NCBI GenBank assembly: GCA_965214605.1
Contig: OZ243961.1
Location: 992,001-1,056,000, forward strand
DNA from: an uncultured Candidatus Binatia bacterium
Lineage (GTDB): Bacteria > Desulfobacterota > Binatia > Bin18
DNA length: 64,000 nucleotides
Direction: 5' to 3'
The notes under the pieces: generated by a model
Told to the model about the DNA's origin: nothing
What the model saw: the letters and a program-made list of their open reading frames with translations, nothing else
Database searches by the model: none
Position numbers and translations under genes: made by a program
Shown: positions 10,156 through 20,236 of the stretch, in pieces
Position numbering within the stretch: the stretch's first letter is position 1
Layout: each line of letters opens with the position of its first letter

Positions 10156-10395
10156 ATGGCCAAACCCGATTCAAGCTTCAAATATCGTGTTGGGCAGCGC
10201 GTGATCCACGTGCCGCCAGGTGACCAGCCGCAGCGTTTCGAGGTCGTCTCACAGGTACTGCAGGCTACCCCAAGCGGCCCGCAACGTCTCTATTACCTAC
10301 GACGCGCCGAACAATCAGCTCAAGGGTCATCCACTGCAAACCAAACCCTCTGTCTGTTCGAAGACAATGTCGCACCGCTTGATGACGGCCGCTAA
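10156..10395 (+). CDS. Small hypothetical protein (79 aa), possible SH3-like beta-barrel
   Basis: GGAGGGAG RBS. FKYRVGQRVIH recalls the KFxxGQxVxH start of HspQ/YccV-type barrels. Confidence 0.6.
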   Translation: MAKPDSSFKYRVGQRVIHVPPGDQPQRFEVVSQVLQATPSGPQRLYYLRRAEQSAQGSSTANQTLCLFEDNVAPLDDGR

Positions 10396-10420
10396 GTCGG
10401 CCCTGGGCAAGACCTCTTGT

Positions 10421-11080
10421 CTATAGGTCAGCCCGAGGCTTCATCCGCAGGCTCCAGCACAGCGTCGACACCACAGCCAGCAGACTTAGTGCCATCCACA
10501 CCCCTCCCCACACCACAGTTGCACCGCCAAACTCTTCGGCCAGCAAGCGTGCATCTGAACGCAGCCCGGCGCGCACGATGGTATCGCTATAGATATCCAA
10601 CGGCGCGTACAGCATGCTGGTAAGCCCGATCACGCGGAGCAAAAAATCGTTGATCTCTCGGTTGAGCAACCACCCCATTCCCATCATACCGAGCCCGACA
10701 AGGCCACAGAAGACCAACCCAAACAGGCTACGGATATACATCCCAGCGATACCGGCCACAGCGAGGCCGAGCAAAATCATGATCGTCTTCTGCCACCGGG
10801 TCCTTGCTGTCAGCAGGTAGATGGCCAATCCCCACGCCAAGGAGCCGAGGTAGCCTGCATTCAGACTGAGAAAACGGTTGCCGCCAAGAGCAATGACCTG
10901 CCCGCCCTGTTGGGGGTCAATTTCCATGGCCTGGACCGTCCCACCGGTCAACACGGTGACAAGGGCATGGGACGCCTCGTGAAAAAAGACCACCAGCAGC
11001 TTGAGCGGATACAGGACGGCATGATTCCACAGCACAAAGATCAGCCCCAATAAGCCGGCCAGATAGACCGCCTGTTTCAT
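10421..11080 (-). CDS. M50B family membrane metallopeptidase
   Basis: PLKLLVVFFHEASHAL (HExxH), AGYLGS and SDA motifs in a TM-rich protein. ATG at 11080 preferred over TTG 11107. Confidence 0.88.
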   Translation of the reverse strand: MKQAVYLAGLLGLIFVLWNHAVLYPLKLLVVFFHEASHALVTVLTGGTVQAMEIDPQQGGQVIALGGNRFLSLNAGYLGSLAWGLAIYLLTARTRWQKTIMILLGLAVAGIAGMYIRSLFGLVFCGLVGLGMMGMGWLLNREINDFLLRVIGLTSMLYAPLDIYSDTIVRAGLRSDARLLAEEFGGATVVWGGVWMALSLLAVVSTLCWSLRMKPRADL

Positions 11081-11087
11081 ATCCGGC

Positions 11088-11480
11088 TTAGGCCGCGAGT
11101 CGGGCAATCACTTTGATCTCGACCAAGGCTCCTGGAAAACCCAACTCCGTAATGCCGATCGCCGTCCAGGCTGGGTAGGGCTCTTTCATATAGCGATCTT
11201 TGACCTTCATGAACGTCCCGAGGTGCTTCTGTAAGCCGACATGAAATGTCGTCATTTCGACCACACTGTCAAACGAGGCACCGGCCGTTTCCAGCACGGT
11301 TTTGACGTTCTCAAACGCCTGGGCGAACTGCGTTTCAGGATCATCCGCAATGGCGTTATCGGCGGCGTTACCGAGCTGGCCAGAGCAGAATAAGCGATCG
11401 CCGTCTTTAATCGCTGGGGCAAAATGGAAGTCCGTATAGAAGCGTTCCATACCTGCGGGAGTCACAACATCTTTGCTCAT
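11088..11480 (-). CDS. RidA/YjgF (Rid) family protein
   Basis: LFCSGQLG, QAFENVKTVLETAG and PYPAWTAIGITELGFPGALVEIKVIA motifs. Has Trp where RidA has the catalytic Arg (PAR), so it is a non-canonical Rid subfamily member. Confidence 0.9.
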   Translation of the reverse strand: MSKDVVTPAGMERFYTDFHFAPAIKDGDRLFCSGQLGNAADNAIADDPETQFAQAFENVKTVLETAGASFDSVVEMTTFHVGLQKHLGTFMKVKDRYMKEPYPAWTAIGITELGFPGALVEIKVIARLAA

Positions 11481-13915
11481 AGGAGCTCCTTTCTCTTGGC
11501 GGCAGTGGGCCGCCAGTTTCTATTGTCACCTTGGTCGCCGCTGAACTCGGACCGACTACTGCTGCTCAGGGTTGAACGCAGCTGGCAGGAGCGGGGCACG
11601 CCGGCGGTCAGTTGCACGTCCTGACCCTGATGAGAAATCGTCAGCTCACTCCCCTGACGCAGGAGATAGGTCACGGTCTTGGGCTGAATATCGACGACTA
11701 GGCTCATGTCCCGTATCATCAGCGGAAATTTCAGCCGCTCCCAGGGAACGGGCAGCTTCGGGTCAAACGACAGGTGGCCGCCATAGTCGCGCATGCCGCC
11801 AAAGCCGTACACCAGAGCCATCCAGGTGCCGCCCATCGAAGCCAGGTGCATGCCGTCCTGGACATTGCCCCTGACGTTGGCCAAGTCCATGAACGCCGCA
11901 TAACGGAAGTATTCGTAGGCTTTCTCGGCATAGCCGACTTCTGAGGCAGCAATGCTCTGGATGGAGGCCGACAGCGAGGAGTCGCCGGTCGTCAAGGGGT
12001 CGTAATAGTCAAAGTTCCGCTTTTTCTGTTCCAGGCTAAATTTGTCGCCAAGCAGAAACATGGCCAGCACCACATCGGCCTGCTTAATGATCTGGCGACG
12101 GTAGACCATCAACGGATGGTAGTGCAGCAAGAGAGGGTATTGCTCGGTCGGGGTGTTGGAGAAGTCCCACGGCTCCTGTTCAAGAAAGTGATCGTCCTGA
12201 GGGTGGATGCCAAGCTCCTTATCGTAGGGCACGTACATTCGGTCGGCTACCGCCCTCCACTCTTCGATCTCTTCAAAAGCCAGGCCGGTCTTGTTGACCA
12301 GGGCCGCATACAAGCCGGGTTTCTCTGCCCGTAGGGCGGCTACTGTCTGGGCCGCGTACTGGAGGTTTTCACGGGCCATGAGATTGGTAAAGGCGTTATT
12401 ATTCACCACCGCGGTATATTCGTCCGGCCCGGTTACGCTGTGGATGCAGAAGTGCCCACCCGCCCGTTCAGAGTAAAAACCTAGCTCACACCACATCCGG
12501 GAGGTCTCGACCAACATCTCTGCGCCGGCGTTCTGCAAGAACTCGGCGTCGCCAGTGGCGTCAATATACTTGCGCAGGGTGTAGATAATATCGGCGTCAA
12601 TATGGTACTGAGCCGTGCCTGCCGCATAATAGGCTGAGGCTTCCTCACCGTTAATCGTCCGCCACGGAAAGAGGGCTCCACGCAGATTAAGTTCCCAGGC
12701 TCGCTGCCGGGCCTGGGGCAGCTTATCGTGACGAAACTTGAGCAGGTTACGGGCAATACGGGGCGTGGTGTAGATCAGAAACGGGACAACGTAGATTTCT
12801 CCGTCCCAGAAATAGTGGCCTTCATATCCCTGGCCGGTCAGCCCCTTGGCCGGCACGCCGGTCCCCTCGGCTCTGGCGGTTGCCTGACACAGCTGAAACA
12901 GATTGAACCGCACGGCCTGCTGGATCGTCGGCTGGCCCCCGACCTCCACATCGCTGCGCTGCCAGAAGTCGTACAGGTGCAGCTGCTGGCTCTCCAACAG
13001 CTCGGAGAAACCGTGCTCGACGGCTCGGTCAAGGGTACGCTCGGCCCGCGTACACAGCTCATCGTCCGGAGCCGAGCCCGAGGTATGATAGGTCATATAC
13101 TTGGTCAGAGTGATTGGCTCGCCCGGCAGGGCTTCAATGCTGAAGACAATTTTGCCGGAATCTGGCCCGACCTCGCTGATGGGGGAGCAGGCGCAGGCGG
13201 TCTTGAGGCGGTGATCAATACCGCATGCAATCCTCATCCGGCTGCGACGGGTGGCATGACTCAAGATCGCCCGCATATTTTTCCCGGCCGGGGCGTAATG
13301 GCGTCCGGGGAGGAGCGGACGCTCTGGAAAATCACGCGCTTTGCGCGGATCATTGCTGGTTGTATCCGGAACAGGGTGCTGATAGACTACCTCGGAGGAA
13401 ATGACAACCGGGGCCGGGGCGTTCAGGACCGTCACTCTGTAGCGGACCGCCGCCAGATGGCGGTGGCCGAAGGACACCAGACGACGTGATTTAATCAGCA
13501 CGCGCTTGCCGGTCGGCGTCTCCCACAGCACCTCACGGTCAAGCGTGCCGGCCCGCATGTCGAGCGTGCGGTTGTAATTCAACAGGCTGGCGTAGCGCAG
13601 AGAGAGCGGTTCGTCATCAACGTACAGCTTGATGATCTTGCTGTTCGGAACGTTGATAATCGTCTGACCGGTCCGGGCAAAACCGTAGGCTTCTTCGCCG
13701 TAGACAATCGGCCACGACTCGTAAAAGGCGTTGACAAACGTGCCGTCTTGGACGTCTTCCTCAAAGCAACCACGCATGCCTAGATAGCCGTTACTTAGAG
13801 CAAACAGCGTTTCGGTTCTGTCTAGGAACTGCGGATAGTAGCGGTTCTCAATAATTTTCCATTCGTCCACCGGATAGACGCTGTGAGGCAGACTTGGGGT
13901 CTGATAACTAGCCAT
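11477..13915 (-). CDS. Glycoside hydrolase family 65 (disaccharide phosphorylase)
   Basis: ETLFALSNGYLGMRG, KGLTGQGYEGHYFWD, FPWRTING, GPDEY (catalytic Glu), KQAD and DSSLS motifs. Confidence 0.95.
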   Translation of the reverse strand: MASYQTPSLPHSVYPVDEWKIIENRYYPQFLDRTETLFALSNGYLGMRGCFEEDVQDGTFVNAFYESWPIVYGEEAYGFARTGQTIINVPNSKIIKLYVDDEPLSLRYASLLNYNRTLDMRAGTLDREVLWETPTGKRVLIKSRRLVSFGHRHLAAVRYRVTVLNAPAPVVISSEVVYQHPVPDTTSNDPRKARDFPERPLLPGRHYAPAGKNMRAILSHATRRSRMRIACGIDHRLKTACACSPISEVGPDSGKIVFSIEALPGEPITLTKYMTYHTSGSAPDDELCTRAERTLDRAVEHGFSELLESQQLHLYDFWQRSDVEVGGQPTIQQAVRFNLFQLCQATARAEGTGVPAKGLTGQGYEGHYFWDGEIYVVPFLIYTTPRIARNLLKFRHDKLPQARQRAWELNLRGALFPWRTINGEEASAYYAAGTAQYHIDADIIYTLRKYIDATGDAEFLQNAGAEMLVETSRMWCELGFYSERAGGHFCIHSVTGPDEYTAVVNNNAFTNLMARENLQYAAQTVAALRAEKPGLYAALVNKTGLAFEEIEEWRAVADRMYVPYDKELGIHPQDDHFLEQEPWDFSNTPTEQYPLLLHYHPLMVYRRQIIKQADVVLAMFLLGDKFSLEQKKRNFDYYDPLTTGDSSLSASIQSIAASEVGYAEKAYEYFRYAAFMDLANVRGNVQDGMHLASMGGTWMALVYGFGGMRDYGGHLSFDPKLPVPWERLKFPLMIRDMSLVVDIQPKTVTYLLRQGSELTISHQGQDVQLTAGVPRSCQLRSTLSSSSRSEFSGDQGDNRNWRPTAAKRKELL

Positions 13916-14660
13916 GGGCGATCAGGTCCTTCAGGTCGCTGACAACAATATCGGCTCCACGCTCTCGTAGGGCATCAGCGTGGCCGGTCTGACGGCCACG
14001 CATTACGCCAACAACCAGACCAAAGCCACCAGCGCGGCCAGCCTCAACGCCGACAAGCGCGTCTTCAATCACTACCGCCCGGGGCGGCTGAACGGCGAGT
14101 TGGCACGCTGCAGCCAGAAAAGTGTCGGGCGCGGGTTTGCCCTTCAGCTTCAGTTCGGCGGCGAGCTGGCCGTCGAACCGCACCTCAAATAGGTCGGCGA
14201 TGCCGGCCGCCTCTAGGATCATCGGGCAGTTGCGACTTGACGACACCACCGAGGTCTTCAGACCGCGGGCACGCACGGCCCGCAGCAAGCTCAACGCGTC
14301 CGGATAGGTCTCGACCCCCTCCGAGGCAATGACCATCTGGATCAGGGCATTTTTACGGTTACCAAGTCCGCACACTGTCTGGCGGTCGGGGGGGTCGTCT
14401 GGCGCGCCATAGGGCAGAGACAGACCGCGAGCGGTAAGGAAACTCTGGGCACCCTCATAGCGTGCCTTACCGTCAACATAGCGGAGGTAGTCGGCGATCG
14501 GATCAAAAGGCACAAAGGCGGCTGCCTGATGGCGGAGAAATTCGTCAAAAGTTCGCTTCCAACACGCGGTGTGAACTTTTGCGGTCGCCGTGACGACCCC
14601 ATCAAGGTCAAACAGGACAGCGTCAAACCATTCCGGCGTAATCGAACGGGACGGGTTCAT
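13908..14660 (-). CDS. Beta-phosphoglucomutase-family HAD hydrolase
   Basis: FDLDGVVT, VVSSSRN, GKPAPDTF and IEDALVGVEAGRAG motifs. Overlaps the GH65 start. Confidence 0.92.
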   Translation of the reverse strand: MNPSRSITPEWFDAVLFDLDGVVTATAKVHTACWKRTFDEFLRHQAAAFVPFDPIADYLRYVDGKARYEGAQSFLTARGLSLPYGAPDDPPDRQTVCGLGNRKNALIQMVIASEGVETYPDALSLLRAVRARGLKTSVVSSSRNCPMILEAAGIADLFEVRFDGQLAAELKLKGKPAPDTFLAAACQLAVQPPRAVVIEDALVGVEAGRAGGFGLVVGVMRGRQTGHADALRERGADIVVSDLKDLIAHG

Positions 14661-14770
14661 GCGATCCCCTCAGCCGTCTACTGCTCCCCCTCTGAAGCCA
14701 GCGTCCAGGGCGTCACGATCAAGTTCGCACGGCCACACGGAAACTGTCGGGGGTCAAGGGCCTCACGGCC

Positions 14771-16663
14771 TTATTCACGTGAGCCAGGGATGATGCTGAG
14801 GACCAAGCGGCGGCCGCGCCGTTGAACAATAATCTCGGCCGCAGTATTGGCCCGCAGGTCGCCCAGCGCATAGGTATAATCATAGATATTCTCAATGCTC
14901 TTCCCAGCCAGCTGCACAATGATATCCCCGCCTTGGAGGCCAGCACGGGCCGCCGGCCCATCTTTGACCACCCCGGATAGCTTAACGCCTACCACCTCCG
15001 ACCGGGTGTAATCTGGAATCGTGCCCAGATAGGCGCGCAGCCCTACGCGTCTCAGCTGAGGGGCCGGGGCATCCATTTCCCGGTAATCGGGCACGTCCTG
15101 GCGGGTGGCTAAATTGACGGACAGGGCAGCCATCAGCCGGGTAATTTCTTCCGCTCCCGAAAACTGAATCTTATCCGCGGTGTCGCGCGGTGTGTGATAG
15201 TCCTCATGGGCGCCGGTAAAAGCGCTCAGCACCGGAATCCGCTTAAGATAGAATGATGTGGCATCGGTCGCTAGATAGCTGTCGTCTTGCAGGGTTAGCG
15301 GCAGCCCGATCGAGGCATTAGCCTGCTCAATCAGGCCGGTCCAGCTCGAACTAGAACCAACCCCCTGGAGAATCAGGCTGTTTTGCAGGCGTCCAATCAT
15401 GTCCATATTCAGATAGGCCATCGGTCTCAGCGAAGCCGACTGATCAGCTTGGCTGTCAAACGTCCGAGTAAAATAGCTCGACCCCAGCAGACCCATCTCT
15501 TCTCCGGACCAAGCGGCAAACACCACATCCCGGTGCAGCGCGAGCTGACCTCGAGCTTTTTGGTTGGCCAGATACTGGGCGATTTCAAGCAGGCCGGCAA
15601 CACCAGAGGCGTTATCGTCGGCCCCATAATGAATGGCTCCCCTTTCGTCGTCGCGTGCCAGCGAGTCAGACCCGTGTCCGGTGCCGAGATGATCAATATG
15701 CGCCCCAATTATCAGCGCGCGACGCCCGTCCGGTCTACCCGCCGACAGCCGGGCCAGAACATTGCGGCCGGTCTTTTTCTCGTGGCGAATATCAATACCG
15801 GCGACCAGCCGCAAGCCCTCCAGCTCAAAACCCCCCATCAGCTGGCCCGTATCCGCAGCGTCCTGGAGCGTCTTGAGGTCTTTTCCCTCGGCCCGCAACC
15901 AGGCGGCCGCGACCGCATCGGTAACAGACAAGGTGCCAATGCTCGTCCCGGCCAGCGAGGCGTCAAAAGACAGGCCGACGAGCTGATTGTTGACCATGGC
16001 GTTCGGCCCGCTGACAATGATCAGGCCCCGTGCCCCACGGTCACGAGCCAGCATCGCTTTGCGGCGCAAGCTAGCATAGCGGCCGAGATGGTCTCGCCAC
16101 TGTTGAGCGACTCCCTCCGGCATATAGCGAAAGACCAGGACCCACTTGTTGTTGACATTGAGATGGCTGTACGAGTCATAGACCGGCTGACCGTCAGCCG
16201 CCGGAGCGACAATGCCATAGCCCGCAAAGACCACTCCTGCGGGGGTGAATTCACCAATTTTGGAAAAGGCTACAGGACGCCAGTCCCGGTCAAGCTCATA
16301 GGACTGCCCAGACCGCGCCGGCGTCTGACCGTCTCGGGCTAGACGCTCTGCCATCAAGGTATTGTCCGGTCCCAGCGAAACCCCGGCCGTAAAAGGAAAA
16401 GGCTGAAAATAGCTTTCCCCATCACCCGCCGGCACCAAGCCAAACTCTTCAAACAGGGCGGCCGCATACGCCGTTGCTGCATGCTCACCGACCGTGCCGG
16501 TCAGCCGCCCAGCCATCTGTTCAGAGGCTAAAATCTCAATGTGACGCTGGAGGTCGGCCGCCTGGATTTCCGGCGCCGTCATGCTCGGGCCGGCACCAGT
16601 ATTAGCCGGCCCAATGACAAGCGTGAGGAGTCCGACAAGAAAAAGTTTCAGGGTCCGCTGCAT
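14771..16663 (-). CDS. Secreted M28 family peptidase with PA and C-terminal PDZ domains
   Basis: Signal peptide; GAHIDHLG, GADDNASG, WSGEEMGLLGS, NMDMIGR and DYH motifs; YLGTIPDY...GPAARAGLQGGD PDZ domain. Confidence 0.93.
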   Translation of the reverse strand: MQRTLKLFLVGLLTLVIGPANTGAGPSMTAPEIQAADLQRHIEILASEQMAGRLTGTVGEHAATAYAAALFEEFGLVPAGDGESYFQPFPFTAGVSLGPDNTLMAERLARDGQTPARSGQSYELDRDWRPVAFSKIGEFTPAGVVFAGYGIVAPAADGQPVYDSYSHLNVNNKWVLVFRYMPEGVAQQWRDHLGRYASLRRKAMLARDRGARGLIIVSGPNAMVNNQLVGLSFDASLAGTSIGTLSVTDAVAAAWLRAEGKDLKTLQDAADTGQLMGGFELEGLRLVAGIDIRHEKKTGRNVLARLSAGRPDGRRALIIGAHIDHLGTGHGSDSLARDDERGAIHYGADDNASGVAGLLEIAQYLANQKARGQLALHRDVVFAAWSGEEMGLLGSSYFTRTFDSQADQSASLRPMAYLNMDMIGRLQNSLILQGVGSSSSWTGLIEQANASIGLPLTLQDDSYLATDATSFYLKRIPVLSAFTGAHEDYHTPRDTADKIQFSGAEEITRLMAALSVNLATRQDVPDYREMDAPAPQLRRVGLRAYLGTIPDYTRSEVVGVKLSGVVKDGPAARAGLQGGDIIVQLAGKSIENIYDYTYALGDLRANTAAEIIVQRRGRRLVLSIIPGSRE

Positions 16664-16962
16664 AGCGACAGATCATACCGCCGGTGGCCACGATACACCA
16701 AGGGCCGGTTTGATTTACCGGAGAACTCAGCGAGAGAGGGCGAAAAGGGCTGACGAATGCACCTTCTGCGTCCTGAAAAACAGATATCTTTTCGACGGAA
16801 TAGGCCGAAAAGATCAGGGCTCAACATGAATCCTCTGGCGAGAGTGTTTTTTGGCTGGACATTGCCGCTCTCGGCTTTCTCATGTCCTGGACAGAAGTGG
16901 AAAAGCGTCTGGCGGGCGGTCTGCGATCACCCCCTCAGTCTCCCGACATCGCCTCACACAGC

Positions 16963-16991
16963 TTGACGCTCTCTTCCTGCTTGGCTAGTGT
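16963..16991 (+). promoter_or_regulatory. Putative sigma70 promoter for the NIPSNAP gene
   Basis: TTGACG-N17-TAGTGT, about 35 nt upstream of ATG 17026. Confidence 0.45.
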
Positions 16992-17025
16992 CAACCTTAT
17001 CACTGCATGTAAGGGGGAAAGCACT

Positions 17026-17328
17026 ATGGCGTATCTATTCGCTCATATCAAGCTGCGGCCGGGCAAGGTCCAAAAGTTTACCGAGGTGCTCGGACAGCTG
17101 GCGCCGCTCCTGGAGAAGCACGGCGGCTGGAAGCTGCACGGGAGTTACTTTAACGTTATCGGGCGTTTGCACACTGTTGTTGACGTCTGGGAGTTGCCCG
17201 ATGCTAACGCTGTCCAAACGACCTTGGAAAAGGCGTCACAAGACCCCGAGTTTCAGAAATGGGCGCCGGGGATTGAAGAATGTATCGAAGATGAAACCCT
17301 ACAGGTGATGACCAAACTACCGGTCTAA
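17026..17328 (+). CDS. NIPSNAP family (dimeric alpha-beta barrel) protein
   Basis: IKLRPGKVQKF...GWKLHGSY...IGRLHTVVDVWELPD pattern. AAGGGGG RBS before ATG 17026. Confidence 0.75.
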   Translation: MAYLFAHIKLRPGKVQKFTEVLGQLAPLLEKHGGWKLHGSYFNVIGRLHTVVDVWELPDANAVQTTLEKASQDPEFQKWAPGIEECIEDETLQVMTKLPV

Positions 17329-17355
17329 GCCGTCCGTCATCCAGACAAAGATTTT

Positions 17356-18753
17356 TTAGCCCTTGGGTCCGATCATATCTTCCGGTCGGACCCACCGGTC
17401 ATACTCCTCGGCCGTCACATGGGCTAGCGCCAACGCCGCCTCTCTGAGGCTTGATCCATCCCGGTGCGCCTTCTTGGCGATCTCTGCCGCTTTCTCATAG
17501 CCGATATGGGGATTGAGGGCGGTTACCACCATCAGCGACTCCTGCAAATGCTTGTCAATCCGTTCTCTGTTCGGCTCAATACCGACCGCGCAGTGGTCAT
17601 TGAAGGCCTGACAGGCGTCGGCAATGAGCCGGATCGACTCAAGCAGGTTGTGTACCATCACCGGTTTGAACACGTTGAGTTGGAAATTGCCCTGCGAGCC
17701 GCCAAAAGCCACAGCCGCATCGTTGCCGAACACCTGAACAGCGACCATCGTCAGAGCCTCTGACTGAGTCGGGTTGACCTTACCGGGCATAATGGAAGAA
17801 CCCGGCTCGTTCTCGGGAATGAAGATCTCGCCAATACCGGCTCGCGGGCCGCAGGCCAGCCAGCGTACATCGTTGGCGATCTTCATCAACGCCCCGGCCA
17901 GGGTCCGCAGTGAAGCACTGGCGGTGACCATGGCATCATGGGCCGACAGGGAGGCAAACTTATTTGGCGCCGAGACAAACGGGCGTCCGGTCTCGGTTGC
18001 CATCTTGGCCGCTGCCAGATCACCAAACTGGGGATGGGCGTTGAGACCGGTGCCGACCGCGGTCCCGCCAATCGCCAGCTCACAGAGTCCAGGAATAGTC
18101 CGGCGGATGTCGTTAAGAGCGGCGTTGAGCTGGGCCGCCCAGCCACCAATCTCCTGTCCCAAGGTGATCGGTGTTGCATCCTGCAGATGCGTACGGCCGA
18201 CCTTCACCACGTCGGCAAACTGCTTGGACTTGGCGTGCAGCGTGGTGGCGAGCTGACTAACGGCTGGAATCAGTACGTCTTCGAGTTGCTCGACAGCGGC
18301 AATGTGCATCGCGGTCGGAAAGGTATCGTTGGAGCTCTGGCCGCGATTCACATCGTCATTGGGGTGGATCGGTTTCTTTGAGCCCATCTCACCACCGGCC
18401 AATTCAATGGCCCGGTTTGAGATCACCTCGTTGGTGTTCATGTTGGTCTGCGTGCCCGAGCCGGTCTGGAAGACAACCAACGGGAAGTGATCGTCAAGGG
18501 CACCGGAGATCACCTCGTCGGCCGCCCGAACGATCAGGTCCACCTTCTCCTGAGACAGCTGCCCCAGCTCGCCGTTGGCTAAGGCCGCGCCCTTCTTAAG
18601 GACACCCATCGCCCGGATGATAGGCCGGGTAAAACGGAAACGCTCAACGCCAATGGGGAAGTTGGTGCGCGAACGCTCGGTCTGGGCACCCCAGTATCGG
18701 TCAGCAGCAACCTCGACCGCTCCCATGCTATCCGTCTCGGTTCTCGTCTTCAT
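17356..18753 (-). CDS. fumC: Class II fumarate hydratase
   Basis: [43 protein letters not shown] and [15 protein letters not shown] signature. Confidence 0.98.
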   Translation of the reverse strand: MKTRTETDSMGAVEVAADRYWGAQTERSRTNFPIGVERFRFTRPIIRAMGVLKKGAALANGELGQLSQEKVDLIVRAADEVISGALDDHFPLVVFQTGSGTQTNMNTNEVISNRAIELAGGEMGSKKPIHPNDDVNRGQSSNDTFPTAMHIAAVEQLEDVLIPAVSQLATTLHAKSKQFADVVKVGRTHLQDATPITLGQEIGGWAAQLNAALNDIRRTIPGLCELAIGGTAVGTGLNAHPQFGDLAAAKMATETGRPFVSAPNKFASLSAHDAMVTASASLRTLAGALMKIANDVRWLACGPRAGIGEIFIPENEPGSSIMPGKVNPTQSEALTMVAVQVFGNDAAVAFGGSQGNFQLNVFKPVMVHNLLESIRLIADACQAFNDHCAVGIEPNRERIDKHLQESLMVVTALNPHIGYEKAAEIAKKAHRDGSSLREAALALAHVTAEEYDRWVRPEDMIGPKG

Positions 18754-18767
18754 ATACAATCCTTCGC

Positions 18768-19103
18768 TCAAATCGACAGCAGAACAAAAACGGTCACCAC
18801 CGTACCAAGGATGGCCCCGCCATAGCAGATGACCGCAATAGGCATCTGATAGCCTCGCAGACCCGTATCGTACAAGGTATGGCGGATGCGGTGCACGCAG
18901 TGGAAAAAAGTCAGGGAGAAGAGGACCAACAGGTAGAGTTTGGTCAGCGGATGGGAGGCCAAGTCGCTCAGAGCATCAGCCGATACCCAACCCAGGGGAG
19001 CCATGATGCCGCCCAGCACGACGTGAATCGGCACCAGGAGGGCCGCAACCATCCCCCCGGCCGAAAACAGAGACCACCAAAACGCTTCGCCCGACTTGGC
19101 CAT
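18768..19103 (-). CDS. frdD: Fumarate reductase membrane anchor subunit D
   Basis: [18 protein letters not shown] and HRIRHTLYD match FrdD. Three TM helices; operon position. Confidence 0.9.
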   Translation of the reverse strand: MAKSGEAFWWSLFSAGGMVAALLVPIHVVLGGIMAPLGWVSADALSDLASHPLTKLYLLVLFSLTFFHCVHRIRHTLYDTGLRGYQMPIAVICYGGAILGTVVTVFVLLSI

Positions 19104-19107
19104 ATCT

Positions 19108-19497
19108 TCAACTCCTCAGGACAATCCACATGATCACGACCGACACCACCAGCCACGCGAGGTAGTGAGAGCCGGCGATAACAACCGGGGGGACGCGGTC
19201 TTCTCCCCGGCGCACGATAATGACTTGGGGGGTTAGGTTGAACCAGGTGATGCTGTGGTAGAGGGCGGCAATCAACACCAGGAGGTGAAAAACAATCCAG
19301 CCCGGTGAGGCGAGTTGCTCGACCGTTCTCGCATATGCCTCGGCTCCTCGAGCAAGGTCGGCCAGTTGAATGAGGGAGACAACCAGGAAGGCGACGATTA
19401 ACACGCTGGTCAACTCACGCAGCATAAAGAGCACGTAGTTGCGCTTGCTCAGCCACCAGGTGCTCGCCGATATCGGGCGGTAGTAGGGCTCACTCAT
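19108..19497 (-). CDS. frdC: Fumarate reductase membrane anchor subunit C
   Basis: [13 protein letters not shown]...[11 protein letters not shown] and [10 protein letters not shown] match FrdC. Confidence 0.9.
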   Translation of the reverse strand: MSEPYYRPISASTWWLSKRNYVLFMLRELTSVLIVAFLVVSLIQLADLARGAEAYARTVEQLASPGWIVFHLLVLIAALYHSITWFNLTPQVIIVRRGEDRVPPVVIAGSHYLAWLVVSVVIMWIVLRS

Positions 19498-20234
19498 TGC
19501 GATCCCCTCGGCAGCAACATGGACTTGAACCAATCAATCGCTCCGGACGCCTTAGCCTGCTGGATCGCCCCGGCGGGGTCGACATGCTTAGGGCAGACCA
19601 CAGAACACTCGCTCACAAAGGTACACTCCCACACGCCTTCGTGGCTGGAGATGACCTCTCGCCGAGCGTCCTGACCCTGATCGCGGGAGTCGAGGTTGTA
19701 GCGCTGGGCCAGGGCGATGGCTGCCGGACCAACAAAAGACGAGTCGAGGCCGTATACCGGGCAGGCGGCGTAACATAGCATGCAGTTGATGCACATGCTG
19801 AACTGTTTATAGCTGGCCAACTCGGCCGGAGTCTGCAAATATTCCCCCTCAGCAACCGGCTTCTCCTGCTCACGGATAAGCCATGGCTGGACATCCTTGA
19901 GCTTGGCCATGAAGTCGTCCATGTTAACGACCAGGTCGCGTTCGACCGGAAAATTGGCCAGCGGTTCGACTCGGATCGGTTCCGGATAGTAGTCTCTGAG
20001 AAAGGCCGCGCAGCTGAGCTTGGGCTCGTTATTGATCATCATGCCGCAACTGCCGCACACGCCCATATGACACGACCAACGGTAGGACAGACTACCGTCT
20101 ACCTCATCCTTGAGATAGTTGAGCGCGTCTAGGATAACCCAGTCGTCGCGGTACGGCACAGAGTACGTCTGGAAAGTCGGTTCTTGGGAGACCTCCGGTC
20201 GGTAGCGGAAGACCTCCAGCGTGATGTCAGCCAT
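19494..20234 (-). CDS. frdB: Fumarate reductase iron-sulfur subunit
   Basis: [27 protein letters not shown] and [15 protein letters not shown] cluster motifs. Confidence 0.95.
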   Translation of the reverse strand: MADITLEVFRYRPEVSQEPTFQTYSVPYRDDWVILDALNYLKDEVDGSLSYRWSCHMGVCGSCGMMINNEPKLSCAAFLRDYYPEPIRVEPLANFPVERDLVVNMDDFMAKLKDVQPWLIREQEKPVAEGEYLQTPAELASYKQFSMCINCMLCYAACPVYGLDSSFVGPAAIALAQRYNLDSRDQGQDARREVISSHEGVWECTFVSECSVVCPKHVDPAGAIQQAKASGAIDWFKSMLLPRGSQ

Positions 20235-20236
20235 CG

